Origin: Veillonella sp.
Lineage (GTDB): Bacteria; Bacillota; Negativicutes; Veillonellales; Veillonellaceae
Reading direction: 5' to 3'
DNA: 64,000 nucleotides
NCBI RefSeq assembly: GCF_018364065.1
Contig: NZ_JAGZMO010000002.1
Coordinates: 271,181 to 335,180, forward strand
Within the stretch, counting starts at the first letter, position 1, and each line of letters opens with the position of its first letter. Positions 19,477-28,884 of the stretch are shown here, in pieces. Under the pieces are notes generated by a model that did not search any database, was not told where the DNA came from, and worked only from the letters and a program-made list of their open reading frames with translations. The position numbers and the translations under genes are program-made.

Positions 19477-19887
19477 TTATATATCTAAAAGTTCGCCTGC
19501 AACGGCTAAAACCATAACGGCAACTACAAAAATAGATAAAATAACAATCCACACCTTATCGTTACGATTATATACATAATCCGGTGGCAGATTGTTTGTA
19601 TCGAAACCGGATTGGTCTTGCAAGTTCACCGAATCTACCGGATTCGATGGATTTCCTGAATTAACTGAGTTAGCGGAATTTCCTGCATTACCTTGACTTA
19701 CTAAATGTAACGGGTCCTCCGTTTCAGAGAGTCTCTGTTGATTGGCTGAGTTATTTATACTCCATGCAGCATCCGGATCCTGTGCGTTTAATGATACCGG
19801 TATATCAGATTCTTCACGGAGCACCTGACCACATTGTGTGCAAAACCGTTCATTTTCATCCTTACTGCCGCAGTTATGACATTTCAT
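19477..19887 (-). CDS. zinc-ribbon protein with low-complexity linker and single C-terminal TM helix (no DUF805); ORF extends to 19923, start taken at MKCHNCG ATG with GGGGGGAG RBS
   Basis: MKCHNCGSKD...CTQCG; S/N/P-rich linker; C-terminal WIVILSIFVVAVMVLAVAG. Confidence 0.6.
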   Translation of the reverse strand: MKCHNCGSKDENERFCTQCGQVLREESDIPVSLNAQDPDAAWSINNSANQQRLSETEDPLHLVSQGNAGNSANSVNSGNPSNPVDSVNLQDQSGFDTNNLPPDYVYNRNDKVWIVILSIFVVAVMVLAVAGELLDI

Positions 19888-20291
19888 AAGACTCCCCCCT
19901 ATTCCTATCTTATAGCAATACATACAAGTTCATAGCAGCACCAATTACTATACCGCTCCTTGTATGTATATCGTATTTTTACATTTTATATATCCTATTC
20001 ACTCCATTGGATATTGATTTTTTTCTATATTCTTTCTTCATGAAAAAGTTCTTCATTTTATACTTTTTATTATACCGAAAAAGACGATAAAAATCTCTAT
20101 CCCTTATATGATTAAAGCGCATATTATTATGACAAATATCTGCAATGTTCTTATCTATATAATCTTCTATTTGCAAGGCCTGAATCCCTGCTTATCCGTT
20201 AATTTCCAACGCAAAATCATGTGCATATTTACTTAACTTTTACGTACATTTTACTCACTTTTGAATTCCCCCGGTCACGATTTGTTCATAT

Positions 20292-20344
20292 AAAAAAAGA
20301 AATCCCGGACGCCATGCTTCTGAATTCACAGCACCCGGGATTTC
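20292..20344 (-). terminator. probable terminator of the leu operon
   Basis: gaaatcccgg...ccgggatttc 10-bp stem (large loop) followed by U7 on the minus strand. Confidence 0.5.
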
Positions 20345-20575
20345 CCCTTGTATTATGTTACGATTTTTGAATTATTTTTTGAATTATTTTTTGAATTATT
20401 TTTTGACTTATGACTTATGTTTTATAAATTATAACCTTTGACTTATTATGACTTATGAATTTTAACTTGTGAATAGTAAATTATAACTTATGAATTAGAT
20501 TTTCAAAATCAGATAACAAAATAAAATTGAACTAAAATAAAAAACAAAAATAAAAAACAAAAATAAAAATAAAAT
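20341..20575. repeat. AT-rich microsatellite-like tandem repeats ((TTTTGAATTATT)x3, (TGACTTATGA)n, (AAAAACAAAAAT)n)
   Basis: Direct reading of 20340..20580. Confidence 0.7.
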
Positions 20576-20579
20576 CCTC

Positions 20580-21653
20580 TTACACGTAGCTCAACACAAC
20601 GTTGGTCATGCCTGCGGTGTTAACTTTTATCATCCCCTCTTTATAAATATCGCCGGTGCGATAGCCTTCGGCCAAGGCTTTTTCCACAGCCTGTTCAATC
20701 GCATCCGCCGCTTTCGGTGCATCTAATGAGTAACGGCACAAAAGTGCCGCCGACAAGATTGTCCCCAACGGATTGGCTATGCCGCGACCAGCAATGTCAG
20801 GCGCCGAGCCGTGAATCGGTTCGTAAAGTGCCGTGCCTTCACCCATAGAAGCTGACGGCAGTACACCTAAGGAACCTGACACAACTGCTCCTTCGTCGCT
20901 TAAAATATCACCGAATAAGTTGGTGGTTACGATTACGTCAAACTGACCGGGATTCGTCACCAACTGCATAGCCGTATTATCTACATATAAATAATCCATT
21001 TGGATATCCGGATTGTTAGCCGCCGTTTCCTGTGCAATGCGGCGCCACAAACGGGATGAAGCCAATACATTCGCCTTGTCAACGCTGGTCACCTTGCCGC
21101 GGCGTTTCTGCGCTGTCTTAACAGCTACATCCATAATGCGTTCCACTTCGTAGCGATGATACGTTTCCTTATCCCAGGCCATTTCATCTTTGCCTTCGCC
21201 GGACGCTTCCTCACGCTCGCCGAAATAAATGCCGCCGGTTAATTCACGAACAATTACGAAGTCTACATGTTCAACCAGTTCCGGCTTCAACGGCGAGTAT
21301 TCTCGCAAAGCAGGGAATATTTTTACAGGCCGTAAATTACAGAACAGGCCCAACGCTTTTCGAAGACCAAGAATCGCCTGCTCCGGTCTTAAATGCGGTG
21401 CCACGTTATCCCATTTAGGGCCGCCTACAGCACCAAGTAGTACGGCATCCGCTTCTTTACAAGCTTCAATCGTATCTGCCGGTAACGGCTCGCCAAATTC
21501 ATCAATAGCGGCCCCACCGGCTTTCTTTTCCACCCAGTTGATCTTTATATCTTCTTTCTCTAAGGCCTTGTCCATCACCTGTCGCGCCGCACTGACAATC
21601 TCGCTGCCAATACCGTCTCCGTCGATGGCCACCACCGTCTTATATATACTCAA
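20580..21653 (-). CDS. leuB: 3-isopropylmalate dehydrogenase
   Basis: 357 aa, isocitrate/isopropylmalate DH family motifs (NLFGDILSDE, GSAPDIAG). Confidence 0.9.
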   Translation of the reverse strand: MSIYKTVVAIDGDGIGSEIVSAARQVMDKALEKEDIKINWVEKKAGGAAIDEFGEPLPADTIEACKEADAVLLGAVGGPKWDNVAPHLRPEQAILGLRKALGLFCNLRPVKIFPALREYSPLKPELVEHVDFVIVRELTGGIYFGEREEASGEGKDEMAWDKETYHRYEVERIMDVAVKTAQKRRGKVTSVDKANVLASSRLWRRIAQETAANNPDIQMDYLYVDNTAMQLVTNPGQFDVIVTTNLFGDILSDEGAVVSGSLGVLPSASMGEGTALYEPIHGSAPDIAGRGIANPLGTILSAALLCRYSLDAPKAADAIEQAVEKALAEGYRTGDIYKEGMIKVNTAGMTNVVLSYV

Positions 21654-21696
21654 TGTTCTCTCTCCTCAATGTTCAACCTTACAGATCTGTTATAAG

Positions 21697-22185
21697 TTAC
21701 TCTCGTTCTTTTGCAAAGTTCACGAGCCCCCCGGCCTTCGCAATACTTTGAATAAATGGTGGCAACGCCGTGCCTTCATAAACTTCACCGGTTGTCAAGT
21801 TATGTACCCGGCCGACGCCCAACTCAACACCAATCTCATGATCGGGTTTTATGCGATCTACGGCATCGCCAATTTCTATGACCGGCAAGCCGATGTTAAT
21901 AGCATTTCTAAAGAAAATACGGGCAAAGCTATGTGCAATGATACATGGCACGCCATTGGCCTTAATCACCGCCGGCGCATGCTCACGAGAGGAGCCGCAA
22001 CCGAAGTTTTTTCCTGCCACCATAATATCTCCGGCCTGTACCTTTCCTGCAAAAGTAGGATCGATATCTTCCATGGCATGAGTAGCCAGTTCGTTCATGT
22101 CTGCAATGGCCAAGTAGCGGGCCGGTATTATTACATCTGTATCTACATTATCGCCGTAGCGCCAAATCTTTCCTTGAAAATCCAT
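21697..22185 (-). CDS. leuD: 3-isopropylmalate dehydratase small subunit
   Basis: 162 aa aconitase swivel domain (GKNFGCGSSREHAP). Confidence 0.9.
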   Translation of the reverse strand: MDFQGKIWRYGDNVDTDVIIPARYLAIADMNELATHAMEDIDPTFAGKVQAGDIMVAGKNFGCGSSREHAPAVIKANGVPCIIAHSFARIFFRNAINIGLPVIEIGDAVDRIKPDHEIGVELGVGRVHNLTTGEVYEGTALPPFIQSIAKAGGLVNFAKERE

Positions 22186-22302
22186 AGGTTTCTCCCTCTC
22201 AAACGGTCTATTCTCTCAAATTTCTCTCCAAATAATGTACGCATTTAATCTTTCAATTAAACTCTTATTACTCTTATTACTCTTTTTACTCTTTAAATTG
22301 AC

Positions 22303-23565
22303 CTACTCAATTTCATCAGGTCCCGCAATACGTCCTGTTACGGCACTGGCCGCCGCCACATAAGGACTGGCCAAGTACACTTCGCTGTCTACGTGACCCA
22401 TACGTCCGCGGAAGTTACGATTCGTAGTGGAAACTGTGCGCTCGCCGGCCGCCATAATTCCCATGTAACCGCCCAAGCAAGGTCCGCATGTAGGTGTGCT
22501 TACGGCACAACCTGCAGCAATAAAGATATCTACCAAGCCATTTTTAACAGCTTCATCATACACTGTTTGGCTCCCCGGAATTACGATGCAACGTACAAAG
22601 TCGGCCACTTTTCGGCCTTTAAAAATTTCCGCCGCTGCCGCCAAGTCTTCATAGCGCCCATTTGTACAGGAACCGATGATAACCTGGTCGATAGTAATAT
22701 CTTTTGCAATATCCCCTACATAATGCGTGTTGGACGGTAAATGTGGAAATGCCACCACCGGCTGTAATGTGCTTAAATCAATGATAATCGTTTCGCTGTA
22801 CACCGCATCATCATCCGCTGCAATCGGTGAAAATTCACGTTTTACACGACCTTTTACATATGCTTCGGTAACTTCATCATAAGGGAATACACCGCATTTG
22901 CCGCCTGCTTCGATGGCCATATTACAAATAGTCAAACGATCCGCCATCGTCATGTGAGCCACGCCGTCACCGGCGAATTCCAAGGCTTTGTAACGCGCTC
23001 CATCAACACCGATGCGGCCGATCAATTCCAACACAACGTCCTTGCCGGTTACCCATCGATTCGGCTTACCGGTCAATATTACCTTGATTGTTTCCGGCAC
23101 TTTGAACCAGGTTTTACCCACGGCCATAGCTACGCCTGCATCTGTGGAACCGACGCCGGTAGCGAAAGCCCCTACCGCACCATATGTACAAGTGTGGGAG
23201 TCGGCACCGATAATCATATCTCCCGGTGCAACCAAGCCTTGTTCAGGAAGCAGTACATGCTCAATACCCATACGGCCCACTTCAAAATAATGAGTAATGC
23301 CTTCCTGTCTAACAAAGTCGCGCATTACCTTCGCCTGCTCCGCCGATTTAATATCTTTGTTCGGTGTGAAATGATCCGGCACTAAGTAAATGCGATCCCG
23401 GTCAAACACAGGCTTCCCGATTTTTCTAAACTCCTTGAGAGCCGGCGGGAATGTAATATCATTCATCAAAATCGCGTCTAACTGACATTCTATAATTTGC
23501 CCGGCCTTCACTTCCGAAACCCCGGCGTGGCGGGCCATATTCTTCTCCGTAATTGTCATTCCCAT
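22303..23565 (-). CDS. leuC: 3-isopropylmalate dehydratase large subunit
   Basis: 420 aa aconitase family, Fe-S ligand cysteines (GSCTNGR, CGPCLG). Confidence 0.9.
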   Translation of the reverse strand: MGMTITEKNMARHAGVSEVKAGQIIECQLDAILMNDITFPPALKEFRKIGKPVFDRDRIYLVPDHFTPNKDIKSAEQAKVMRDFVRQEGITHYFEVGRMGIEHVLLPEQGLVAPGDMIIGADSHTCTYGAVGAFATGVGSTDAGVAMAVGKTWFKVPETIKVILTGKPNRWVTGKDVVLELIGRIGVDGARYKALEFAGDGVAHMTMADRLTICNMAIEAGGKCGVFPYDEVTEAYVKGRVKREFSPIAADDDAVYSETIIIDLSTLQPVVAFPHLPSNTHYVGDIAKDITIDQVIIGSCTNGRYEDLAAAAEIFKGRKVADFVRCIVIPGSQTVYDEAVKNGLVDIFIAAGCAVSTPTCGPCLGGYMGIMAAGERTVSTTNRNFRGRMGHVDSEVYLASPYVAAASAVTGRIAGPDEIE

Positions 23566-23621
23566 ATAAAATCCCCCTCGGAAATCATCTCTCTAATGTA
23601 TCTCTTTTGCTGTAACTCAAC

Positions 23622-25181
23622 TTACCCTTCGATTCGTTCCATATCCAATTCTTCTTTCAGGTAAATGTAGTTTACTGCGTTAATATACGCCATGACACTG
23701 GATAAAATAACGTCAGTACTTACGCCGCGACCATTGTATTTCTTACCTTTATATTCAATGGTCACACGAACAGCGCCCAACGCATCTTGCCCTTCCGTAA
23801 CAGCTCGAACTTCATAATCTTTAAGCGTAATCGGTAAACCGATAACACGTTCACAGGCTTTCAAGGATGCATCAACCGCACCATCGCCGACGGCCGCATC
23901 TTCACGAACGCCCTGCGGTGTTGCTAAACGAACATCGGCATAGGCATAACCGCGTTCATTGGAGTGGTAATGATGATGAACCAATTCCACTGCTTTTTTA
24001 TGGTCAATCGTATCAATCACTAAGGCCAAAATATCTTCGTCGAAAATTTCTTTCTTTCGATCAGCCAGCGCTTTGAACTTAGCGAATAGATCATTTATCT
24101 TTGCTTCGTTAAAGGTAAAACCCATAGTTTCTAAATGACTCTCAAATGCATGACGGCCTGAATGTTTCCCCAACACGATGTTGGTTTTTTCAGCACCCAC
24201 ACTTTCAGGTGTCATAATTTCATAGGTGGTAGGATTGTTTAACATGCCGTGCTGATGAATACCCGATTCATGGGCAAATGCATTGGCACCTACAATCGCC
24301 TTGTTCGGAGGCACCGCCATACCTGTAAGACGACTGATTAATTTGCTCACTCGGGTAAACTGCTTTGTATCAATACCGGTGGTCAATCCGTAAACATCAC
24401 GCCGTGTGTGAAGTGCCATCACCACTTCTTCAATACCTACATTACCGGCCCGTTCGCCCAAGCCGTTCACCGTACATTCTACCTGGCGGGCACCATTTTG
24501 AATCGCTGCCAAAGTGTTCGCATTGGCCAAGCCCAAATCATCATGACAGTGAACACTGATCACCGCCTTCTCGATACCACGCACATGCTCCTTGATGTAA
24601 CGGATTTTCGTACCGAATTCATCAGGCGTCATATAGCCAACCGTGTCAGGCACATTTAAAATCGTGGCGCCTCCTTCGATGGCTACGGAGAATACTTCGC
24701 AAAGATAATCTAAATCTGTACGAGACGCATCTTCGGCGGAAAACTCGATTTCATGAAATTTGCCGGCTGCAAAAGCAAAACAGTCTTTAATAATCTGAAT
24801 TACTTCTTCGCGCGTCTTCTTCAACTTGTACTCCAAGTGAATATCACTAGTGGCGATAAACATATGAAGGCGATTGTCATTCGCCGGTTCCAAAGCTTGT
24901 GCGGCCTTTTCAATATCGCCCTTATTGGCGCGGGCCAAGGCACAAATCGTAGCGCCTTTCACTTCTTTAGCGATCGTATTTACCGCTTCAAAATCCCCCG
25001 GCGAGGCGGCCGGAAAACCGGCTTCAATTACATCGACACCTAGGCGAACCAAATTCTGTGCAATCTCCACCTTTTCCGGTGTTTGTAAACTTACGCCCGG
25101 ACTTTGCTCGCCGTCACGTAATGTAGTGTCAAAGAAGTAGACTCGGTTCGCATCTGTCACTCTATTCGTATTCTCTCTCAT
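23622..25181 (-). CDS. leuA: 2-isopropylmalate synthase
   Basis: 519 aa; DTTLRDGEQ, HCHDDLGLA motifs and C-terminal LeuA regulatory domain. Confidence 0.9.
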   Translation of the reverse strand: MRENTNRVTDANRVYFFDTTLRDGEQSPGVSLQTPEKVEIAQNLVRLGVDVIEAGFPAASPGDFEAVNTIAKEVKGATICALARANKGDIEKAAQALEPANDNRLHMFIATSDIHLEYKLKKTREEVIQIIKDCFAFAAGKFHEIEFSAEDASRTDLDYLCEVFSVAIEGGATILNVPDTVGYMTPDEFGTKIRYIKEHVRGIEKAVISVHCHDDLGLANANTLAAIQNGARQVECTVNGLGERAGNVGIEEVVMALHTRRDVYGLTTGIDTKQFTRVSKLISRLTGMAVPPNKAIVGANAFAHESGIHQHGMLNNPTTYEIMTPESVGAEKTNIVLGKHSGRHAFESHLETMGFTFNEAKINDLFAKFKALADRKKEIFDEDILALVIDTIDHKKAVELVHHHYHSNERGYAYADVRLATPQGVREDAAVGDGAVDASLKACERVIGLPITLKDYEVRAVTEGQDALGAVRVTIEYKGKKYNGRGVSTDVILSSVMAYINAVNYIYLKEELDMERIEG

Positions 25182-25189
25182 ATAAATCG

Positions 25190-25380
25190 CCCCTTTTTCT
25201 CAAATCAGTTACAAGCCTGCAGCCTCTCCAAACTACAGCTTGCTCGTCTCTCTCAAACCATTTCGAGGTGCGCAGCCTCTCTCTAAACTGCGCCGCTCTC
25301 TTCTCTCTCAAATCCCTCTTAAGTTTCACCGTCTCTCCAAACCGTGTCTCTCTCTCTTTTTTCTCAAAGTCCAATAGTCA
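25190..25380 (-). repeat. seven ~28-nt periodic GA-rich repeats (UUUGAGAGAGA / UUUGGAGAG) in the leuA 5' UTR
   Basis: Minus-strand reading; repeat starts ~27-29 nt apart, small GC hairpins between them; the 70-aa ORF 25162..25374 is a translation artefact of this repeat. Confidence 0.7.
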
Positions 25381-25399
25381 ATTTTCCTAAAGGGTAATA

Positions 25400-25446
25400 A
25401 AAAAACGCCTCCCGGATGCGCAATGTTCTTACGCGTCCAGGGGCGT
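25400..25446 (-). terminator. second intrinsic terminator inside the leuA leader
   Basis: AACGCCCCTGGACGCG...CGCATCCGGGAGGCGTT followed by U7 on the minus strand. Confidence 0.65.
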
Positions 25447-25649
25447 TATGATTTAATATGTTTCGGCTCATATTAACAGCTATGATTGTCATTTTGATTG
25501 ACGACGATTTCAGAATTCGCTTAGTCTCTTGATTATTAACTACATGTTAACAAGTTAGTGCAACGATTTAGCTTTGCTATACGTTGAAGCATAATACAAC
25601 TCATGTACATTGCTGCACGTTCTTATTCTGAATTTCATCTCAAATACGT

Positions 25650-25975
25650 TGTCTATCAAAAAAGCCCCTGGAATCACATTGCTGTGTTCCAGGGGCATCA
25701 TAAACTATAACACGGTACCACCCTAGTTGGTTCTCTTGTAGTTATAACGGAACTACCGTCATGGCTTACTGCGGTTCAGCCACAAAGCTCGCAGGGGAGT
25801 TTCGATACTATCTGTTCTATTACCTCGCACCGACCGGCAACTCTCTGTAAGCAACTAAATAGCTCTTTATACCTGTTCATCGCATCTCGTATTGGATTGT
25901 TGTTATTTTCGCACACACACTTATACCTTGTCAAGAGAATTTTTAAAGTTTTTAACAATACGTTTTGTTCAATAA
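25650..25975 (-). promoter_or_regulatory. T-box riboswitch leader (Leu; candidate CUC specifier) upstream of leuABCD
   Basis: Minus strand AACUAGGGUGGUACCGUG T-box (plus 25711..25728) followed by terminator GCCCCUGGAACACAGCAAUGUGAUUCCAGGGGC-UUUUUU (plus 25657..25696); GAAACUCCCC in the putative specifier loop. Confidence 0.75.
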
Positions 25976-26026
25976 GTCAAAGCCTACTAAAACAAAAATC
26001 TACTAAAACAAGAACACTTACACCAC

Positions 26027-26058
26027 AAAAAAAGTGCAACAACGCGAAGTTGTTGCAC
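26027..26058 (-). terminator. terminator after the phytase-like gene
   Basis: gtgcaacaacgcgaagttgttgcac hairpin, U7 on the minus strand (also T-run on plus). Confidence 0.75.
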
Positions 26059-26110
26059 TTTTGGTTATTCAGGTGGGGGTAGATATAGCCGGGTTTAAAT
26101 TACCAACATC

Positions 26111-27454
26111 TTATAAAGCGTTTGGTAATGTGAAGAACCAGATTTGGCTTTCTTGTTCAGCCGGAGCGTTCTTCTTCAAGCTGATGTTTACATTATGAGC
26201 TGTTTTGTCTTTGTCATAAATCATCGCTTTTTTGTCGCTGTCATAGGTGTAGTCAGATACTTCAGGATCTGCAACAGCTTTGTCATCAATATTGATGTCC
26301 ATGCCGAAGTCATTGTCGTTTACAACAACGATAGTTCTGCGGTCAGGCATAAGAACTAAACCTTCTGCTTTTTCAATGTTCCAGCCTTGAGCACGTAAGT
26401 CGAGTACGAGTTCTTTTTTAGCCGGTTGGAATTTGCCGTCTAACAGGCCTTTTTCAAGATCGCCGTCGTTGGCAATTGGAGTAGCGCCGTTAAGATCTAC
26501 TTTGTAAATCAAGTTCTGCATAGCGCCATTCTGTTTGCCTTGTTCGATCATAAGGAACTGGCCATTGCCGATAGATGTAATATCACCTAATTTAGCAGCG
26601 CCTGTATTCTTATAACCTGTATCAACAGGGTACGCATACATAGTTGTTTGTTTTGTTACAGGGTCTAATTCAACGATACGAGTGTATTTAGCTGTTTTAG
26701 CTGTTTTGCCGTCTACATCAAGAGGACTTTGGATGAGGGCGAATACATGGCCGTTTTCATCAACTGTAACACCTTCACTGCCGCGATTTGGAACACGATC
26801 AGCCAAGATTGTAGGCAAGCCCATACCAGGACCGTATTTTTCGATGATATTGCCTTTTTTGTCCACTTTTGCAACGAATGGACCGTATTCGTCACTGATC
26901 CAGAAGTTGCCGTCTTTGTCGAGAGCAATACCTTCTGTATCAAGACCGTTTTTGTCAGTGCCTAAGTCGTTCATTTTGAAGTCTAATGCAACTTCGTTAG
27001 TGGAACCTGTAAGACCGGATGGAACCGGTTTACCGCTGATAGCTTTGCCATCAACTTTTAATGGAATGGATTCAATGATGTCCGCACGATGTTTAGCCGG
27101 ATCAACTTTGATAACACCGATACTTGGTGTGAAGTTAGGTGTTGGGAAGAATTTACCGGACATTTTTTTACCGTTTTTAACATACGTAGGGATGTCGCCG
27201 TTAGGGCCGCGGTCAGTGATGGCATAGAATTCAATTGTGCCGTCCTTATTGATAGATTTCAGGGCCAAAGCGGAGCCGTAACCAGGGTTGATTTTGTGGT
27301 TAAAAGCTGTTTCATTTCCCTTATAAGGCAGCTGATATTTGTCAGCATTTACGATGTAGGCTGTAGTATCAGCCGCATTGGCAACAAAGCCGGTGCTTCC
27401 CAAAGCTGTAAGGGTCAGACCAAGGGCAAGCAAGCATTTCCATTGTTTTTTCAT
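26111..27454 (-). CDS. secreted phytase-like esterase family protein (beta-propeller)
   Basis: Signal peptide MKKQWKCLLALGLTLTALGSTGFVANA; family assignment from my recollection of Pfam 'esterase-like activity of phytase' proteins (not searched). Confidence 0.55.
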   Translation of the reverse strand: MKKQWKCLLALGLTLTALGSTGFVANAADTTAYIVNADKYQLPYKGNETAFNHKINPGYGSALALKSINKDGTIEFYAITDRGPNGDIPTYVKNGKKMSGKFFPTPNFTPSIGVIKVDPAKHRADIIESIPLKVDGKAISGKPVPSGLTGSTNEVALDFKMNDLGTDKNGLDTEGIALDKDGNFWISDEYGPFVAKVDKKGNIIEKYGPGMGLPTILADRVPNRGSEGVTVDENGHVFALIQSPLDVDGKTAKTAKYTRIVELDPVTKQTTMYAYPVDTGYKNTGAAKLGDITSIGNGQFLMIEQGKQNGAMQNLIYKVDLNGATPIANDGDLEKGLLDGKFQPAKKELVLDLRAQGWNIEKAEGLVLMPDRRTIVVVNDNDFGMDINIDDKAVADPEVSDYTYDSDKKAMIYDKDKTAHNVNISLKKNAPAEQESQIWFFTLPNAL

Positions 27455-27941
27455 ATTATTTATGCACCTCCTGCACAGTGTAATTTATTATATCAGCCCA
27501 AAATCAATAACATGTAATAAATTGGTAAGACCTATGTAAAAATATAAGGAGCATATGTAACTATATAAGCTCTGCTTGGTAACAAATTTCCCGGATCTAA
27601 CACACCCTTTTTTCAATTCAATTGTATGGTATAATAAAAACCTAACGACTTTTTTAGGCGTATGAAAAGTCGACCTTTCTCCATTTTATATGTATAGAAT
27701 TTCAATTTTGTCTGTATGGATTTTCTTTTTTTCTGTACAAAATCTGATGTTGTTATAGTCGCTTTTAAAATATTCAGACAACACAAATTTCTGAAACATA
27801 CGATAATAGCGCGGTTTATCGGCAGTCTCAGCTTACCCATTTTTATTTGGGCTATAATAAATTCCTAAGATTCACTCACACCTCAACGGGAGTGTTTTTA
27901 TAGTTAGAAGTTTTATTTTAACATTGTAAGGAGGAATTTTT

Positions 27942-28730
27942 ATGCTAGGTGCGATTATTGGTGACATTGTAGGATCTCGTTTTGAATGGGCTAATATTAA
28001 GTCCAAACGCTTTAAGTTTTTTGGAAAACAAAGTCGTTTTACTGACGACACAGTTATGACCGTTGCTCTTGCAGATGCATTATTAAAGGCCGGTACTGAT
28101 TTAGATCTCCTTCATGATACAGCCGTGAGCAGTATGCAAGTTTTTGGTCGCGCCTATAGCCGAGCCGGTTATGGTGGTCTGTTCCGCAAGTGGCTGCGAA
28201 GCAAGTCCCCGAAACCTTACAATAGTTTCGGCAACGGTTCCGCCATGCGCGTCAGTGCCTGTGCCTATGTTGGCAATTCCCTGGAAGAAGTGTTGGCTCT
28301 GGCCACCACAGTAACCGATGTGACACACAATCACCCGGACGGCATCGCCGGTGCTTTGGCTACAGCAGGGGCTACTTACATGGCTCGCACCGGTGCAAGC
28401 AAAGACGAAATTCGCCAATACGTTTCTGAAAACTATTACGCGTTAGATTTCACCCTTGATGAAATTCGTCCTACCTATTCATTCAAAAGTAGTTGTGCAG
28501 AAACTGTGCCGCAAGCAGTAGTCGCTTTTCTTGAGTCCACCGACTTTGAGGATGCCATTCGCAACGCCATCTCCATCGGCGGCGACAGCGACACCTTAGG
28601 CGCCATTACCGGAGCCATTGCAGAAGCCTACTATGGTATACCGGAAGATATTCAAGAAGCGGGCCTGTCTCACTTGGATCGGCCGTTAATCAGTATTTAC
28701 TCCCTCTTTAAAGAACGTTATATAAAATAA
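27942..28730 (+). CDS. ADP-ribosylglycohydrolase (ARH/DraG/Tri1-like) family protein, paralog A
   Basis: 262 aa; N-terminal GAIIGDIVGSRFE and C-terminal SIGGDSDT metal-binding motifs; own AAGGAGG RBS. Confidence 0.6.
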   Translation: MLGAIIGDIVGSRFEWANIKSKRFKFFGKQSRFTDDTVMTVALADALLKAGTDLDLLHDTAVSSMQVFGRAYSRAGYGGLFRKWLRSKSPKPYNSFGNGSAMRVSACAYVGNSLEEVLALATTVTDVTHNHPDGIAGALATAGATYMARTGASKDEIRQYVSENYYALDFTLDEIRPTYSFKSSCAETVPQAVVAFLESTDFEDAIRNAISIGGDSDTLGAITGAIAEAYYGIPEDIQEAGLSHLDRPLISIYSLFKERYIK

Positions 28731-28884
28731 GCCGATTATAAAAAAACTCAGACAAAACAAATTTTTATAAACGCCGTAGTGGCGGGATTTAGGGACAGTC
28801 TGAACTTCGTTTTTTTGTTTAGACTCCATGATCGGAAATGCCATATTTATAAATTCAATTTCGACATTCTAAGGAGGAGTTAGT

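Noticed and set aside
19979-20176. 65-aa minus-strand ORF in the AT-rich spacer
   Set aside because: K/N/Y-rich translation of AT-rich DNA, no RBS, adjacent to microsatellite repeats; likely non-coding
21229-22248. 339-aa plus-strand ORF antisense to leuB/leuD
   Set aside because: Fully antisense to two well-supported genes; Ser/Pro/Ala-rich translation typical of an antisense frame of GC-richer coding DNA
25162-26082. ORFs 25162..25374, 25776..25958, 25897..26082
   Set aside because: They lie in the leuA leader (GA-repeat translation artefact and T-box Stem I region); no RBS, overlapping known RNA structure
27613-27840. 75-aa minus-strand ORF between the phytase-like gene and ARH-A
   Set aside because: No RBS, low-complexity basic translation of an AT-rich promoter region
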